Source: Candidatus Carthagonibacter metallireducens
GTDB lineage: Bacteria; Gemmatimonadota; Gemmatimonadetes; Palauibacterales; Palauibacteraceae
Assembly: GCA_023554445.1 (NCBI GenBank)
Contig: JAMJQQ010000124.1
Coordinates: 14,419 to 78,418, forward strand
Reading direction: 5' to 3'
DNA length: 64,000 nucleotides
The notes under the pieces are model-generated. The model was not told where the DNA came from. It did not search any database and saw only the letters and a program-made list of their open reading frames with translations. The number at the start of each line of letters is the position of its first letter. Positions within the stretch are counted from its first letter, which is position 1. Shown piece after piece: positions 49,791 to 59,918 of the stretch. A program made the position numbers and the translations under genes.

Positions 49791-51887
49791 TCAGTGCCCT
49801 TCGGCCTCCTTCAGCGCCTCTGCCTCCGCGATCACCTTCTGCGCGACGTCGGACGGTACCGGCTCGTAGCCGCGGAACTCCCTGTCGTGCAGGCCCTTCC
49901 CCTGGGTCAGGGAGCGCAGCGACGTGGAGTACTTGTACAACTCCGCGAGCGGCACGTGCGCCTTCACTTCCTGCCAGTGCCCATCCGCGTCCATCCCCAG
50001 AATCCGGCCCCGGCGCTGATTGAGGTCCCCGATCACCTCTCCCATGTAGTCTTCGGGCACCCTGACGGTGATCGTCATGATCGGCTCGAGGAGAATCGGC
50101 TTCGCACCCTTGACGACCTTCTGAAAGGCCATCGAACCGGCAATTTTGAACGCCATCTCGGAGCTGTCCACCGAGTGATAGGAGCCGTCGTAACACTCCA
50201 CCTCGAAGTCCACGACGGGATACCCCGAAATCACCCCGCGATCCGCGGCTTCCTTCACACCTTTGTCCACGGCGGGGATGAATTTACCGGGAATGGCGCC
50301 CCCGACGATCTTGTTGATGAACTCGTACCCTTCTCCGCGCGCGCGCGGCCTGATGCGCAGCCAGCAGTCACCGAACTGCCCTCGGCCGCCCGTCTGCTTC
50401 TTGTAACGTCCCTGCCCCTCGGCGGACCTCGTGATCGTCTCCCGATACGGGATCCTCGGCGGCTCGGTCTCCACCTTGACGCCGTACTTACGGTCCAGGC
50501 GCTCCAGGGCGATGTTCAGGTGCAGCTCGCCCAATCCGCGTGCGATCGTCTGTCCGAGCTCCGGATCGAAAGCGGCGGAGAAGGTCGGGTCCTCTTCGTG
50601 CAGCTTCGCGAGTCCATTCGCCAGCTTGTCCTCTTCGCCACGGGAGGCGGGCTTGAGCGCGATAGCGATATCGGCTTTCGGCCATGCGATACCGGGCAGA
50701 GAAAGTCCCTTTCCCTGTGTGCTCAGCGTGTCGCCCGTGTGCGTGTCCTTCAGCTTCGCCACGACACCGATGTCGCCGGCGTGCAGGCGGTCGACTTCAT
50801 CCCGGGACGTGGCATCCGGGATCCCGATGTGGGAAATCCGCTCCGTCGAGCCACGGGTCGCGTTGTCGACCGTCGATCCACCCTCGGCCTTGCCCGTGAA
50901 CACGCGAAAGTAGCTGAGCTCTCCTACACGCGGCTCCTGCGTGGTCTTGAACACCAGCGCGGTCAGCGGCGAATCGTCCTTCGGTTCCAGCTCCACGTCG
51001 TTTCCGCGTGCGTCTGTGGCCTCTACCGGCCCGATCTCGTCGGGAGCCGGCATCAGTTCGACGAGCTTCTTCAGCACGGCACGGGCCCCGCGACCGGATT
51101 CTCCGGAACCACAGAACACCGGGAACAACTCGCCCCGGGCCATTCCCTGCTTCATTCCGGCCAGGACCCGCTCCCGGTCCAATTCCTCACCTTCGAGATA
51201 GGCTTCCAGCAGTTCGTCGTCGGTCGCGGCGATCGACTCGATGAGCTGCTCCCGGTAAGAGGCGACGGTAGCCGCCACTTCTTCGGGAACCTCGACGTGG
51301 TCGTATTCGCCCTTGTCGGAATTCGGCCGGTATCCGTGCGCGTGTCCGGAGAACAGGTTCACGATTCCAGTGAAGTGGTCGCCGCTTCCGATCGGGACCT
51401 CCACCGGAATCGCCCCGCTGCCGAACGAATTGCGTACCTGCTGGAACGCGGTGTCGAAGTTGGCGTTCTCCCGGTCCATCATGCTTATGAACACCATCCG
51501 GGGAAGACCACGGGCCTCGGCCGCTCGCCAGCAGCGCTCGGTTCCCACTTCGACTCCCGTCGTCGCGCCCACGACCACGAGCGCGCCATCCGCGACCCGC
51601 ACGCCCGCCATGACCTCGCCGAAGAAATCGAGGTACCCGGGGGTGTCGATGAGGTTGAGCTTCGTGTCCATCCACTCGGCCCGGGCCAGCGCGAGGTTGA
51701 TCGATATTCCGTGGTCGATTTCCTCTTGCGTGAAATCGGTGTGGGCCGTGCCGTTTTCGACCTGTCCGCGTCGGGTGGTGGAGCCGGAGATATAGCACAG
51801 CGCATCGGTCAGCGTAGTCTTGCCGCTTCCACCGTGACCGAGGATGACGATGTTTCTGATGTCGGGGGAACGATATTCGACGGCCAT
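49791..51887 (-). CDS. Elongation factor G paralogue (EF-G2 type)
   Basis: Full EF-G domain set (KQTGGRGQFG, DGSYHSVDSSE, LLEPIM) with divergent G motifs GHGGSGKTT, HGISI, DTPGY, SMMD; outside str operon. Confidence 0.92.
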   Translation of the reverse strand: MAVEYRSPDIRNIVILGHGGSGKTTLTDALCYISGSTTRRGQVENGTAHTDFTQEEIDHGISINLALARAEWMDTKLNLIDTPGYLDFFGEVMAGVRVADGALVVVGATTGVEVGTERCWRAAEARGLPRMVFISMMDRENANFDTAFQQVRNSFGSGAIPVEVPIGSGDHFTGIVNLFSGHAHGYRPNSDKGEYDHVEVPEEVAATVASYREQLIESIAATDDELLEAYLEGEELDRERVLAGMKQGMARGELFPVFCGSGESGRGARAVLKKLVELMPAPDEIGPVEATDARGNDVELEPKDDSPLTALVFKTTQEPRVGELSYFRVFTGKAEGGSTVDNATRGSTERISHIGIPDATSRDEVDRLHAGDIGVVAKLKDTHTGDTLSTQGKGLSLPGIAWPKADIAIALKPASRGEEDKLANGLAKLHEEDPTFSAAFDPELGQTIARGLGELHLNIALERLDRKYGVKVETEPPRIPYRETITRSAEGQGRYKKQTGGRGQFGDCWLRIRPRARGEGYEFINKIVGGAIPGKFIPAVDKGVKEAADRGVISGYPVVDFEVECYDGSYHSVDSSEMAFKIAGSMAFQKVVKGAKPILLEPIMTITVRVPEDYMGEVIGDLNQRRGRILGMDADGHWQEVKAHVPLAELYKYSTSLRSLTQGKGLHDREFRGYEPVPSDVAQKVIAEAEALKEAEGH

Positions 51888-51983
51888 CGCGCCTTTTCCT
51901 CCTGGCTGGGGAGTCGTACGAAGAGGGACAGACCTGCCATACTATCCGCGCCGTCGGCAGGCCGAAAGGTCGATCGACGCGGC

Positions 51984-52934
51984 TCAGTGTTTCAGATCCG
52001 GGTCGCTCTTTTGCTGACTCATTTCATTGAGAAACTCGAGCTCGGCCGGCGTCAGGGAGTCCATCCCCCGCTCTCCGATCTTGTCCAGAATCCGGTTCAC
52101 CTCATCGAGGGCGTCGTTCGAGGCGCCGGACCTCGATCGTCGCTTCTGATTCCGCTTCGCATCGCCCGCTTTCGTCTCCTTGCCGACGCTCTTGAGGCCG
52201 CTGCGCGCGCGTCGCGCCTTTCCGATCGCCCGGCCCGCCGACGTACCGATCCGGTTACCGAACCTGAGCCACAGCCAGCCGGCCACGAGACCACCGAGGT
52301 GCGCCCAGTGCGCGGTCCCGCCCGCGGCACGACCCGACGAGATGGTCGAGTAGAGCGTCATCAGGGCGAGAAATCCGACGAAGTATTTCGCCTTGATCGG
52401 CAACAGAAACCAGAGGTAGATCGGGGCATCCGGCCAGGTGAGGGCGAATGCCAGCAGAATACCGAAGATCGCGGCCGACGCACCGACCATCGGTGCGACT
52501 CCCACCAGGTTTACCAGCAACAACGCCGCGACCGATCCTCCCACCCCGCACACCAGGTAGTAGCGGATGAAGTCGCGACTGCCCCAGGTGCGCTCGAGCG
52601 GTGGTCCGAAGAAGAACAGCGCCAGCATGTTGAAGAACAGGTGACCGAACCCGGCGTGGACGAACATGTAGGTCACGAACGTCCACGGACGGACGAGAAC
52701 CCTGTCCGCCGAGAAGGCGAGAAGGTCTCGAGCGGCACTCCACGGAACGAGCCCGATCGCCATCAGGGCCCAGATCGCGAAGTTGATCGCCAACAACCGT
52801 TTCACCCACGGCGTCAGTGCCGCGAACGGGTCGCGCCGGCCAGCGCCACTCCACCCGTTGCCGGCTCCTACGCCGAATCCTCCTCCCTCCCTGCGCTGCG
52901 GACCTCCCGTGTACGACCGATCCCAGAGGCCCAT
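51984..52934 (-). CDS. Rhomboid intramembrane serine protease with C-terminal helical domain
   Basis: H..FNM, GASA, AHLGG; C-terminal ILDKI...G..SLT..E..FL. Confidence 0.92.
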   Translation of the reverse strand: MGLWDRSYTGGPQRREGGGFGVGAGNGWSGAGRRDPFAALTPWVKRLLAINFAIWALMAIGLVPWSAARDLLAFSADRVLVRPWTFVTYMFVHAGFGHLFFNMLALFFFGPPLERTWGSRDFIRYYLVCGVGGSVAALLLVNLVGVAPMVGASAAIFGILLAFALTWPDAPIYLWFLLPIKAKYFVGFLALMTLYSTISSGRAAGGTAHWAHLGGLVAGWLWLRFGNRIGTSAGRAIGKARRARSGLKSVGKETKAGDAKRNQKRRSRSGASNDALDEVNRILDKIGERGMDSLTPAELEFLNEMSQQKSDPDLKH

Positions 52935-52936
52935 GT

Positions 52937-53971
52937 TCAGCTCCCGCGCTCGTCCCGGAGATCGAATTCCACCGCCGAGACGGCGATCCGCTCGCAGAGA
53001 TCCGGGAAACTGATTCCCGCGGCGGCGGCCGCTTTCGGGACGAGACTGGTAGCCGTGAGGCCGGGAACCGAATTCGCTTCGAGGCACCAGAACTCCCCGT
53101 TCTCATCCCTGCGGAAATCAATGCGGCTGAACGATCTCTGACGCAGCGCAACCCACGACCTTACGGCGAGCTCGGCGAGCCGGTCCTGTTCGTCGGAGTC
53201 GAGCCCGGCAGGCGCCTCGTAGCGTGACAGCCCCGGCGTGTACTTCGACTCGTAGTCGTAGATTTCGTTGCCGGGGAAGATCTCGACGGCCGGAAGCGGC
53301 TCTCCATCGAGCAACGCCACGGTCAGTTCACGCCCCGGCACGAACGCCTCGCAGAGCACGTCATCATCGTACCGGCCTGCGAGTCCGATCGCGGCGCCGA
53401 GTTCTTCGGCCCGACGCACGATCGTCAGGCCGACCGTGGACCCGCCGCAGGAAGGCTTCACCACGAGCGGAAGTCCCATGCGTCCGAGTGTCGATCCGGG
53501 TGCCTCACCCCGCCTGGCCCAGTCGGGCGTGGGGACGCCGGCCTGCGCGAGCAGCTCCTTCGAAAGGCGCTTGTCGAACGCCAGGGAGCTTCCCAGAAAT
53601 CCACTGCCCGTGTATGGAACACCGCCCACATCGAGAAGCGCCTGCACCCGCCCGTTCTCTCCGTCACCGCCATGCAACGCGATGAAGGCGACATCCGCAT
53701 CGCGCACCGCCGGCAGCTCCGCGAGCGCCGTGCCGAGCGCCGCCATGCCCATCTCGCGGAGCGCCTCGAGCTCGGGCGGTGCCGGACCGACCGCGCCACC
53801 GAGATAGTGATCTTCCTCGTCACCGGGGATCGCACCGAATGCGGGATCGACCGCCACGACCGAGTGACCGCGGCTGCGGAGGGCCTCGATCACCGCCCGT
53901 CCGGACGCGAGCGAGACCTTACGTTCCTCGCTCGTGCCCCCGAGCAGAACCGCGATGCGGAGCCTGCTCAT
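52937..53971 (-). CDS. ddl: D-alanine--D-alanine ligase
   Basis: GG.S.ER.VSL.SG, LHG..GE.G, YDYESKY, LEANSVPG.T. Confidence 0.96.
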   Translation of the reverse strand: MSRLRIAVLLGGTSEERKVSLASGRAVIEALRSRGHSVVAVDPAFGAIPGDEEDHYLGGAVGPAPPELEALREMGMAALGTALAELPAVRDADVAFIALHGGDGENGRVQALLDVGGVPYTGSGFLGSSLAFDKRLSKELLAQAGVPTPDWARRGEAPGSTLGRMGLPLVVKPSCGGSTVGLTIVRRAEELGAAIGLAGRYDDDVLCEAFVPGRELTVALLDGEPLPAVEIFPGNEIYDYESKYTPGLSRYEAPAGLDSDEQDRLAELAVRSWVALRQRSFSRIDFRRDENGEFWCLEANSVPGLTATSLVPKAAAAAGISFPDLCERIAVSAVEFDLRDERGS

Positions 53972-54013
53972 CAGACCCGAGCCCCGGTTGGGTTCACGCG
54001 GACCCCTGCCCCC

Positions 54014-55072
54014 TCATTCACCGGATTCTGCTTCCGCATCCAGGACCCCTTCCAGGCCATGCTCCCGCAGCCACTCCTCGTCGAAGACCTTCGAAAGATA
54101 CCGCTCGCCGGAGTCGCAGAGCAGGGCCACGATGCACGCATCCGGATCATCCACTTCGCGTGCCACGTCGAGGGCTACGCTCACGATCAGCCCGGTGGAT
54201 CCGCCGGACAGCAACCCTTCCTCTCTCGCCAGTCTGCGGGCCATGGCGAAGGACTCCGGGTCCCCCACCGTGCGGAATTCGTCGATCCACTCGAAGTGAA
54301 CCGTTCCCGACAGCTTGTCGTTGCCGATCCCCTCGACCAGGTACGGCGCATCCGGTTCCTTCCGTCCAGTCCGGGAGTACTCCGCGTAGATCGACCCTTC
54401 CGGGTCACCCGCCACGATCCGGATCTCGGGATTCCGCTCCTTCAAGTAGCGGCCCGTGCCGCTAATCGTCCCGCCGGTACCCGGGGAGGCCACGAAATGC
54501 GTTACCCGCCCCCCCGTCTGACCCCAGATCTCCGGTCCGGTAGTTCTGTAGTGGGCCTCCGGGTTGTCCGGATTGTAGTGCTGATCCGCCATGAACGCTC
54601 CCGGAGTCTCCTCGGCGATCCGGCGGGCCGCATTGACATAGTACTCCGGGTGGTCGGGCGGAACGTCCGACGGAGTGATCACGACCTCGGCGCCATAGGC
54701 ACGGAGCAGCTTGATCTTCTCGGCGCTCATCTTGTCGGGGATCGTGAATATGCAGCGGTAGCCGCGTACGGCAGCCACGATTGCGAGCCCGACTCCGGTG
54801 TTTCCGGACGTACCCTCCACCACCGTTCCTCCGGGACCCAGCAATCCGGACCGTTCGGCCGACTCGATCATCGCCAGGCCTATACGGTCTTTGACCGAGC
54901 CTCCCGGATTGAACGACTCCATCTTCACGTATACCGGGGTCCGGATCCCTTCGGTCAACCGCTGAAGGCGGATCAGGGGAGTCCGCCCGATCGCCTCGAT
55001 CACGCTCTCGTGGACCTCGCCGGTCCGGCCCGACGCGACGGGCGGAATCGATTCAGGGACTCGAGGGTCCAT
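54014..55072 (-). CDS. PLP-dependent cysteine synthase / cystathionine beta-synthase family
   Basis: IG.TPL, NPGGSVKDR, TSGNTG, GTGGT, EGIG. Confidence 0.92.
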   Translation of the reverse strand: MDPRVPESIPPVASGRTGEVHESVIEAIGRTPLIRLQRLTEGIRTPVYVKMESFNPGGSVKDRIGLAMIESAERSGLLGPGGTVVEGTSGNTGVGLAIVAAVRGYRCIFTIPDKMSAEKIKLLRAYGAEVVITPSDVPPDHPEYYVNAARRIAEETPGAFMADQHYNPDNPEAHYRTTGPEIWGQTGGRVTHFVASPGTGGTISGTGRYLKERNPEIRIVAGDPEGSIYAEYSRTGRKEPDAPYLVEGIGNDKLSGTVHFEWIDEFRTVGDPESFAMARRLAREEGLLSGGSTGLIVSVALDVAREVDDPDACIVALLCDSGERYLSKVFDEEWLREHGLEGVLDAEAESGE

Positions 55073-55469
55073 CGGACTTCCCTTCTTCCGGAAGAGGGTA
55101 GATGACGGGAAGCCGGCCCCAGATCGGAACCGCTTCGCCGCCCTGTTCCGCAGGTCGGTAGCGGAGCTTGCCGGCATTCGCCACCGCCGCCGAGTCGAGG
55201 GGCCGGTATCCGCTCGACTCGAGGACGATGGCCGAGTCCACCGTGCCGTCGGCGGCGATCAGTATCTTCAGAACGGTGGTCCCTCCGATTCCCTTTTCCC
55301 AGGCGCCACGCGGGAACTCGAAGACGCCCGATTCTTCGGCCGCCGGAGGTCGCAGGGGGCCTTCCTCGAGTCCGAGACGCAGCCCGGTGCGGCCCGGGTT
55401 CACCGTATCGGCACAACCCGCAATGCACATGCAAGCGGCCAGGAAGCGGGCGCTCCGGGCGGCGGTCAT
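55053..55469 (-). CDS. Small TonB C-terminal-domain protein, probable lipoprotein
   Basis: IAGC lipobox-like; FP..A...GI.G...L...I..DG.V...SSGY..LD.AA. Confidence 0.8.
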   Translation of the reverse strand: MTAARSARFLAACMCIAGCADTVNPGRTGLRLGLEEGPLRPPAAEESGVFEFPRGAWEKGIGGTTVLKILIAADGTVDSAIVLESSGYRPLDSAAVANAGKLRYRPAEQGGEAVPIWGRLPVIYPLPEEGKSDGPSSP

Positions 55470-58036
55470 TGCTCTTCCTCCAACAGTGTCTTCCACTCGC
55501 TCACCAGCAGGAGGGCATCCAGAGGCGTCAACCGGTCCACGTCCACGGCGGCGATCTTCCGGGCCAGCACCGGGTCGGTCCCCCCGAACAGAGAAAGCTG
55601 ATTGCGACCGCGGTCCACCAGGTGCGCGAGCCTCGTGCCTCCAGCCGGTCCATCCTCCAGCTCGTGCAGGACTTCGAAGGCCCGGTCGATCACGGGTCGC
55701 GGAACACCGGCGAGCCGGGCCACGTGGACCCCGTAGGACCGGTCGCAGCCACCCGGCTCGAGTCGCCGCAGGAAGACGATGTCGTCACCCGTCTCGCGCA
55801 CCGCGACATTCCATGCCTCGACACCGGACAGCGAGTCCGCCAGCTCGACCAGCTCGTGGTAGTGCGTAGCGAACACCGTGCGAGCGCCCAGCTGTTCGTG
55901 GATGTGCTCGGTGACCGCCCAGGCGATCGCCACGCCATCGTAGGTCGAGGTTCCACGGCCAATCTCGTCCAGCAGCACGAGGCTTCTGTCGGTAGCGCCA
56001 TTGAGGATCGTCGCCGTCTCCGTCATCTCGACCATGAAGGTGCTCTGGCCTCGCGCCAGGCTGTCGGAAGCTCCCACCCGCGTGAAGACCCGATCACACA
56101 AACCGATTCGCGCCGCGTCGGCCGGAACGTACGATCCCACCTGGGCCATCAGCGCAATCAACCCCACCTGGCGAAGAAAGGTCGACTTTCCAGCCATGTT
56201 GGGTCCGGTGAGAATCATCACGTAACCGTCGCGATCCAGCCGGCAGTCGTTCGGAATGAATTCCTCGCGGGCGATCCGTCGCTCCACCACCGGGTGGCGG
56301 CCACCGACGATTTCGAGGCCGAAGTCGTCGCTGAGTTCCGGACGAACGTAATCGTCGCGCTCGGCAGTCTCGGCAAACGAAGCATGGACGTCGAGTTCGG
56401 CGATCCGTTCGGCAGTCGCCTGGACGCGTGAAACGTGGGTGGCGAGGTCCTCGCGAAGCGTCCGGAACAGTTCCGCCTCGGATTCCGCGATCCGGGCCTC
56501 AGCATCGAACACCTTCGCTTCCCATTCCTTCAGCTCGGGCGTGATGAAGCGCTCGGCATTGGCCAGCGTCTGTTTTCGGTCGTAGCGATCGGGAACCCGG
56601 CCGAGGTTGGATCGGGTCACTTCGATGTAGTAACCGAATACTTTGTTGTATCCGACCTTCAGGCTGTCAATTCCGGTGTTTTCACGCTCACGCGCCTGGA
56701 GCCTGGCGATCCAGTTCACGGCTTCGTCCCTGACCTCGCGCAACTCATCCAGCCGCGCATCGAATCCCGTCCGGATGACTCCGCCGGCTGCGAGGGTCGC
56801 AGGCGTGTCGGGATCGATCGCCGACTCGATCTGCCCGCGCAGATCGCCGAGATCGTCGAAGTCCTGCCGGATTTCCCGCATTCGGGGGGCGCTCGCGCTC
56901 GACAACACCTCGGCGACTGCCGGCAACGGCTCGAGGGAGCGCCCGAGTCCCAGCATTTCGCGCGGAGATATGCGCCCGAGGGCCACGCGGGTGGCAAGGC
57001 GCTCCAGATCCCGGATGTCGCCCAGGGCACTGCGCAGATCGGCGCGTCGATCACGATCCTCCGCCAGCTCCTGGACGGCATCGAGCCGTCTCTCGATCGA
57101 GGCACGGTCGACCAGTGGACGGAGGACCCGGCGGCGCAACAGGCGTCGACCCATCGGCGTTCGGGTCCGGTCCAGCACCTCCACCAGCGTTCCGCCTTCA
57201 CCCGTCCGGAGCGGCTCCACGATCTCGAGGTTGCGGCGGGTCATCTCGTCCAGATGAAGGTGGCGGCCGATACGGTTCAGGCGCGGCGCCCGAAGATGAT
57301 CGACTCCCGCCGGTCTCAACTCCTCCAGATAAGCCGCCATGGCCCCGGCCGCTGCCACCAGATGCCGATCCGCGGGAAGCTCGAATCCGAATCCGTCGAT
57401 TCCCGAAGTCCGGTAGACCCGGCGCAGGGCCTCGGCACCGACATCTGCCTCGAACCGCCACGGTTCGCGGCGCGTGACGATCCAGGGACCATCCGGTGCA
57501 GCGGCGGAGGAGCGAACCAGGAGCTCGGCCGGCTCGATTCGGCTCAGCTCATCGCCAAGCGCCTCCGGATGACACTCCCAGACCTCCACTTCGCCGGTGG
57601 ACAGGTCTGCCGTCGCAATTCCAAGCGGGTTCTCACCTGCGACTGCCGCGACGAAGTTGTTGCGGCCGCCATCGAGCAGAACATCGTCGATGGAGGCGCC
57701 CGGGGTGACGATCTCCACGACTTCGCGCCGGACGAGTCCCTCGGCCCCGGCCGCGTCCTCGACCTGTTCGCAGATCGCTACCCGGCGCCCCGCGCGCACC
57801 ATTCGAGGCAGGTACTCGGGGAGTGCCTTGACAGGTACGCCGGCGAGGGGGACGTCCGAGGAGCCGTTGTTCCGGGAGGTCAGGGTGATGCCGAGCAATC
57901 GACTCCCCTCCTGGGCGTCCTCGAAGAACATCTCGTAGAAGTCGCCCACCCGGAAGAACAGGATGCAGTCCGGGTGCTTCGCCTTCACGTCGAGATACTG
58001 CTGGATCAGCGGGGTGTGCTTCGTGGCCCCGGTCAT
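55466..58036 (-). CDS. mutS: DNA mismatch repair protein MutS
   Basis: GDFYEMF, TGPNMAGKST, STFMVEM, DEIGRGTST.DG, SYG..VA. Confidence 0.98.
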   Translation of the reverse strand: MTGATKHTPLIQQYLDVKAKHPDCILFFRVGDFYEMFFEDAQEGSRLLGITLTSRNNGSSDVPLAGVPVKALPEYLPRMVRAGRRVAICEQVEDAAGAEGLVRREVVEIVTPGASIDDVLLDGGRNNFVAAVAGENPLGIATADLSTGEVEVWECHPEALGDELSRIEPAELLVRSSAAAPDGPWIVTRREPWRFEADVGAEALRRVYRTSGIDGFGFELPADRHLVAAAGAMAAYLEELRPAGVDHLRAPRLNRIGRHLHLDEMTRRNLEIVEPLRTGEGGTLVEVLDRTRTPMGRRLLRRRVLRPLVDRASIERRLDAVQELAEDRDRRADLRSALGDIRDLERLATRVALGRISPREMLGLGRSLEPLPAVAEVLSSASAPRMREIRQDFDDLGDLRGQIESAIDPDTPATLAAGGVIRTGFDARLDELREVRDEAVNWIARLQARERENTGIDSLKVGYNKVFGYYIEVTRSNLGRVPDRYDRKQTLANAERFITPELKEWEAKVFDAEARIAESEAELFRTLREDLATHVSRVQATAERIAELDVHASFAETAERDDYVRPELSDDFGLEIVGGRHPVVERRIAREEFIPNDCRLDRDGYVMILTGPNMAGKSTFLRQVGLIALMAQVGSYVPADAARIGLCDRVFTRVGASDSLARGQSTFMVEMTETATILNGATDRSLVLLDEIGRGTSTYDGVAIAWAVTEHIHEQLGARTVFATHYHELVELADSLSGVEAWNVAVRETGDDIVFLRRLEPGGCDRSYGVHVARLAGVPRPVIDRAFEVLHELEDGPAGGTRLAHLVDRGRNQLSLFGGTDPVLARKIAAVDVDRLTPLDALLLVSEWKTLLEEEQ

Positions 58037-58878
58037 GGGCGATCCGCCACCACGATTGCCTCGAGCCCGCGGGAACGGAGGTCGACCGCCATGCGCGCCG
58101 CATCCTCCTTGCGCGAGAAATGGCCGACCCGGACCCGGTACAGGGGCGTCGAGTCATCGGGTTCCTGCACCCACGCGTCGGAACCTGCGCTGGAGGCTCG
58201 CGCCCTTACATCGTCCGCCGCCCCCCGGGTTCCGAATGCTCCGAGCTGGACCGTATACCTGCTCGCCGATCCATCCACGGCGGAATCGTCGGAGCAGGCC
58301 AACAGTCCGGCCGTTGCCTGCACGTTGACGGGATCCGTCGGATCGCTGCCGGCAGCCTCGGCCCAGGCCGCACAGGCGGACGCCGGATCTCCCAGCGACT
58401 CGAAGGCGAATCCGGTCCACAGCCAGGACTCGGGAACCCGTTCGCTGGCCGGAAAATCATCGCGCAACAGGTCGAGATCGTCGATGGCCAGACGTGCCCG
58501 CCCGCTCATCAGCCTCAACTGCGCCAGGCGAAGGCGAGCGAGGGCCCCGTATTCCTCACCGCCGACGACCGCTGCCTCCATGTAGGCCAGTTCCGCCGAA
58601 TCGGCATCTTCGGTCAGGCGGGCGCGCAGGACCAGGGCCTGTCCTCTGTCGTCGCGCGTGGCGGTGGACGCGGAGGACTGCGTCCACTCGGACAGGTACT
58701 GCCTCGCCCGGTCGACGTCTCCCGCATCGGCCGCCAGCTCCGCTGCCTCGAGCGGGTCACCGGACTGGCCGAGAACGCTGCCCGGAGTCACGAGGCAGGC
58801 CCCGGCGCAGAACAGAGCGGGAAGGGCGACAGGGGAAAAGAACCATCCGCTGGAGTGGAAACCCACCCGTCTCCTCAC
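58033..58878 (-). CDS. Exported TPR-like + SPOR domain protein
   Basis: Signal peptide, helical repeats, C-terminal YTVQLGAF...YRVRVG.F. Confidence 0.85.
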   Translation of the reverse strand: MRRRVGFHSSGWFFSPVALPALFCAGACLVTPGSVLGQSGDPLEAAELAADAGDVDRARQYLSEWTQSSASTATRDDRGQALVLRARLTEDADSAELAYMEAAVVGGEEYGALARLRLAQLRLMSGRARLAIDDLDLLRDDFPASERVPESWLWTGFAFESLGDPASACAAWAEAAGSDPTDPVNVQATAGLLACSDDSAVDGSASRYTVQLGAFGTRGAADDVRARASSAGSDAWVQEPDDSTPLYRVRVGHFSRKEDAARMAVDLRSRGLEAIVVADRP

Positions 58879-58879
58879 T

Positions 58880-59899
58880 TCAACTCACTCCCATGCGCTG
58901 CGTCTCCAGACGGAGCAGCAGATTCTCGATCACCGCGTGATCCGTATGACCGGTCTTCGCCTGTCGATCGGCAACCTGGAGCAGGGCCAGGGCCTCGTCG
59001 ATCTCCGCGGGCGTCCAGCGTCGGGCCTGAGCGGCCCAGGTCCTGGCCTTGAATCTCAGGTAGGGCTTGCCCACCCGGCCGAGAACCTCGGTCACGGCTC
59101 CCGCGCCGCCTTCGGCTGCGATCCCCAGAAACAGGTGATGCTCGACCAGGCCGATCAGCAGCCCCACCGCGTTCTCCCCGGGCATCGCCAGCAGCAACGG
59201 CAACTGGCGTCTCGCTTCCATGTATTGCCTGTCGCCAACCAGGTTCATCCAGGCCCAGCGATCGACTTCACGCACGTTCGGAACGAGACGGCCGACGAGT
59301 TCACGATCCACCTCCCCGCCGGACGCCGCGGACGCCAGCTTCGCCAGCTCGGCGTCGAGAAGACCGAGATCGGCCCCGACCGCGGAGGCGAGGGCCTCCG
59401 CGGCATCGGCGCGCAGCTTCACCTCGTGGTGCTCCTGCGCCCGTTCGATCAGCCAGCCCGGTACTTCCGACTCTCGCGGTGCCGACCACTCGAGCGCGGT
59501 CGTGTCTTTCTTGAGGCGAAGGTAGAACTTCTTCTTCGACCGATCGGGAATCGTGGCAGTGACGATCAGCGTCAGGCCACGAGGAAAACGGTCCAGAGTC
59601 TCTTCGACCACCCTGCAACCGGTCGGGGTCAGTCTTTCCGCCTCGTAGAGAACCACGACACGGCGGGACGCCATCACGGGCGCCATCGCGAGCGACGCGG
59701 CCAGTGTCTCTGGCGATACACTGGCCCCCCGGTAGATGTCGAGATTGAAATCGCGCGTAGCCGGGTCGACGGCTGCATCTGCGAGACGGCGCGCTGCCTC
59801 GTCGCGCAGACGACCTGCGTCACCGTGGAAAAAGAAAGCGCCGTCGAGGGAGTCCCCGGCGACGATCCGTTCGAACCGCTTCTCGGCGGCGAGACTCAC
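58880..59899 (-). CDS. holA: DNA polymerase III subunit delta
   Basis: DFNLD..G, P.MA.RRVV, DL..L..EL.KL, D...KTG. Confidence 0.9.
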   Translation of the reverse strand: MSLAAEKRFERIVAGDSLDGAFFFHGDAGRLRDEAARRLADAAVDPATRDFNLDIYRGASVSPETLAASLAMAPVMASRRVVVLYEAERLTPTGCRVVEETLDRFPRGLTLIVTATIPDRSKKKFYLRLKKDTTALEWSAPRESEVPGWLIERAQEHHEVKLRADAAEALASAVGADLGLLDAELAKLASAASGGEVDRELVGRLVPNVREVDRWAWMNLVGDRQYMEARRQLPLLLAMPGENAVGLLIGLVEHHLFLGIAAEGGAGAVTEVLGRVGKPYLRFKARTWAAQARRWTPAEIDEALALLQVADRQAKTGHTDHAVIENLLLRLETQRMGVS

Positions 59900-59918
59900 G
59901 CCGGGAGCGTCGACCGGC

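Noticed and set aside
48732-53141. 1469-aa plus-strand ORF and similar long plus-strand ORFs (1185-3551, 46752-48713, 56435-58585)
   Set aside because: Antisense shadows of well-supported minus-strand genes in high-GC DNA; no recognisable motifs.
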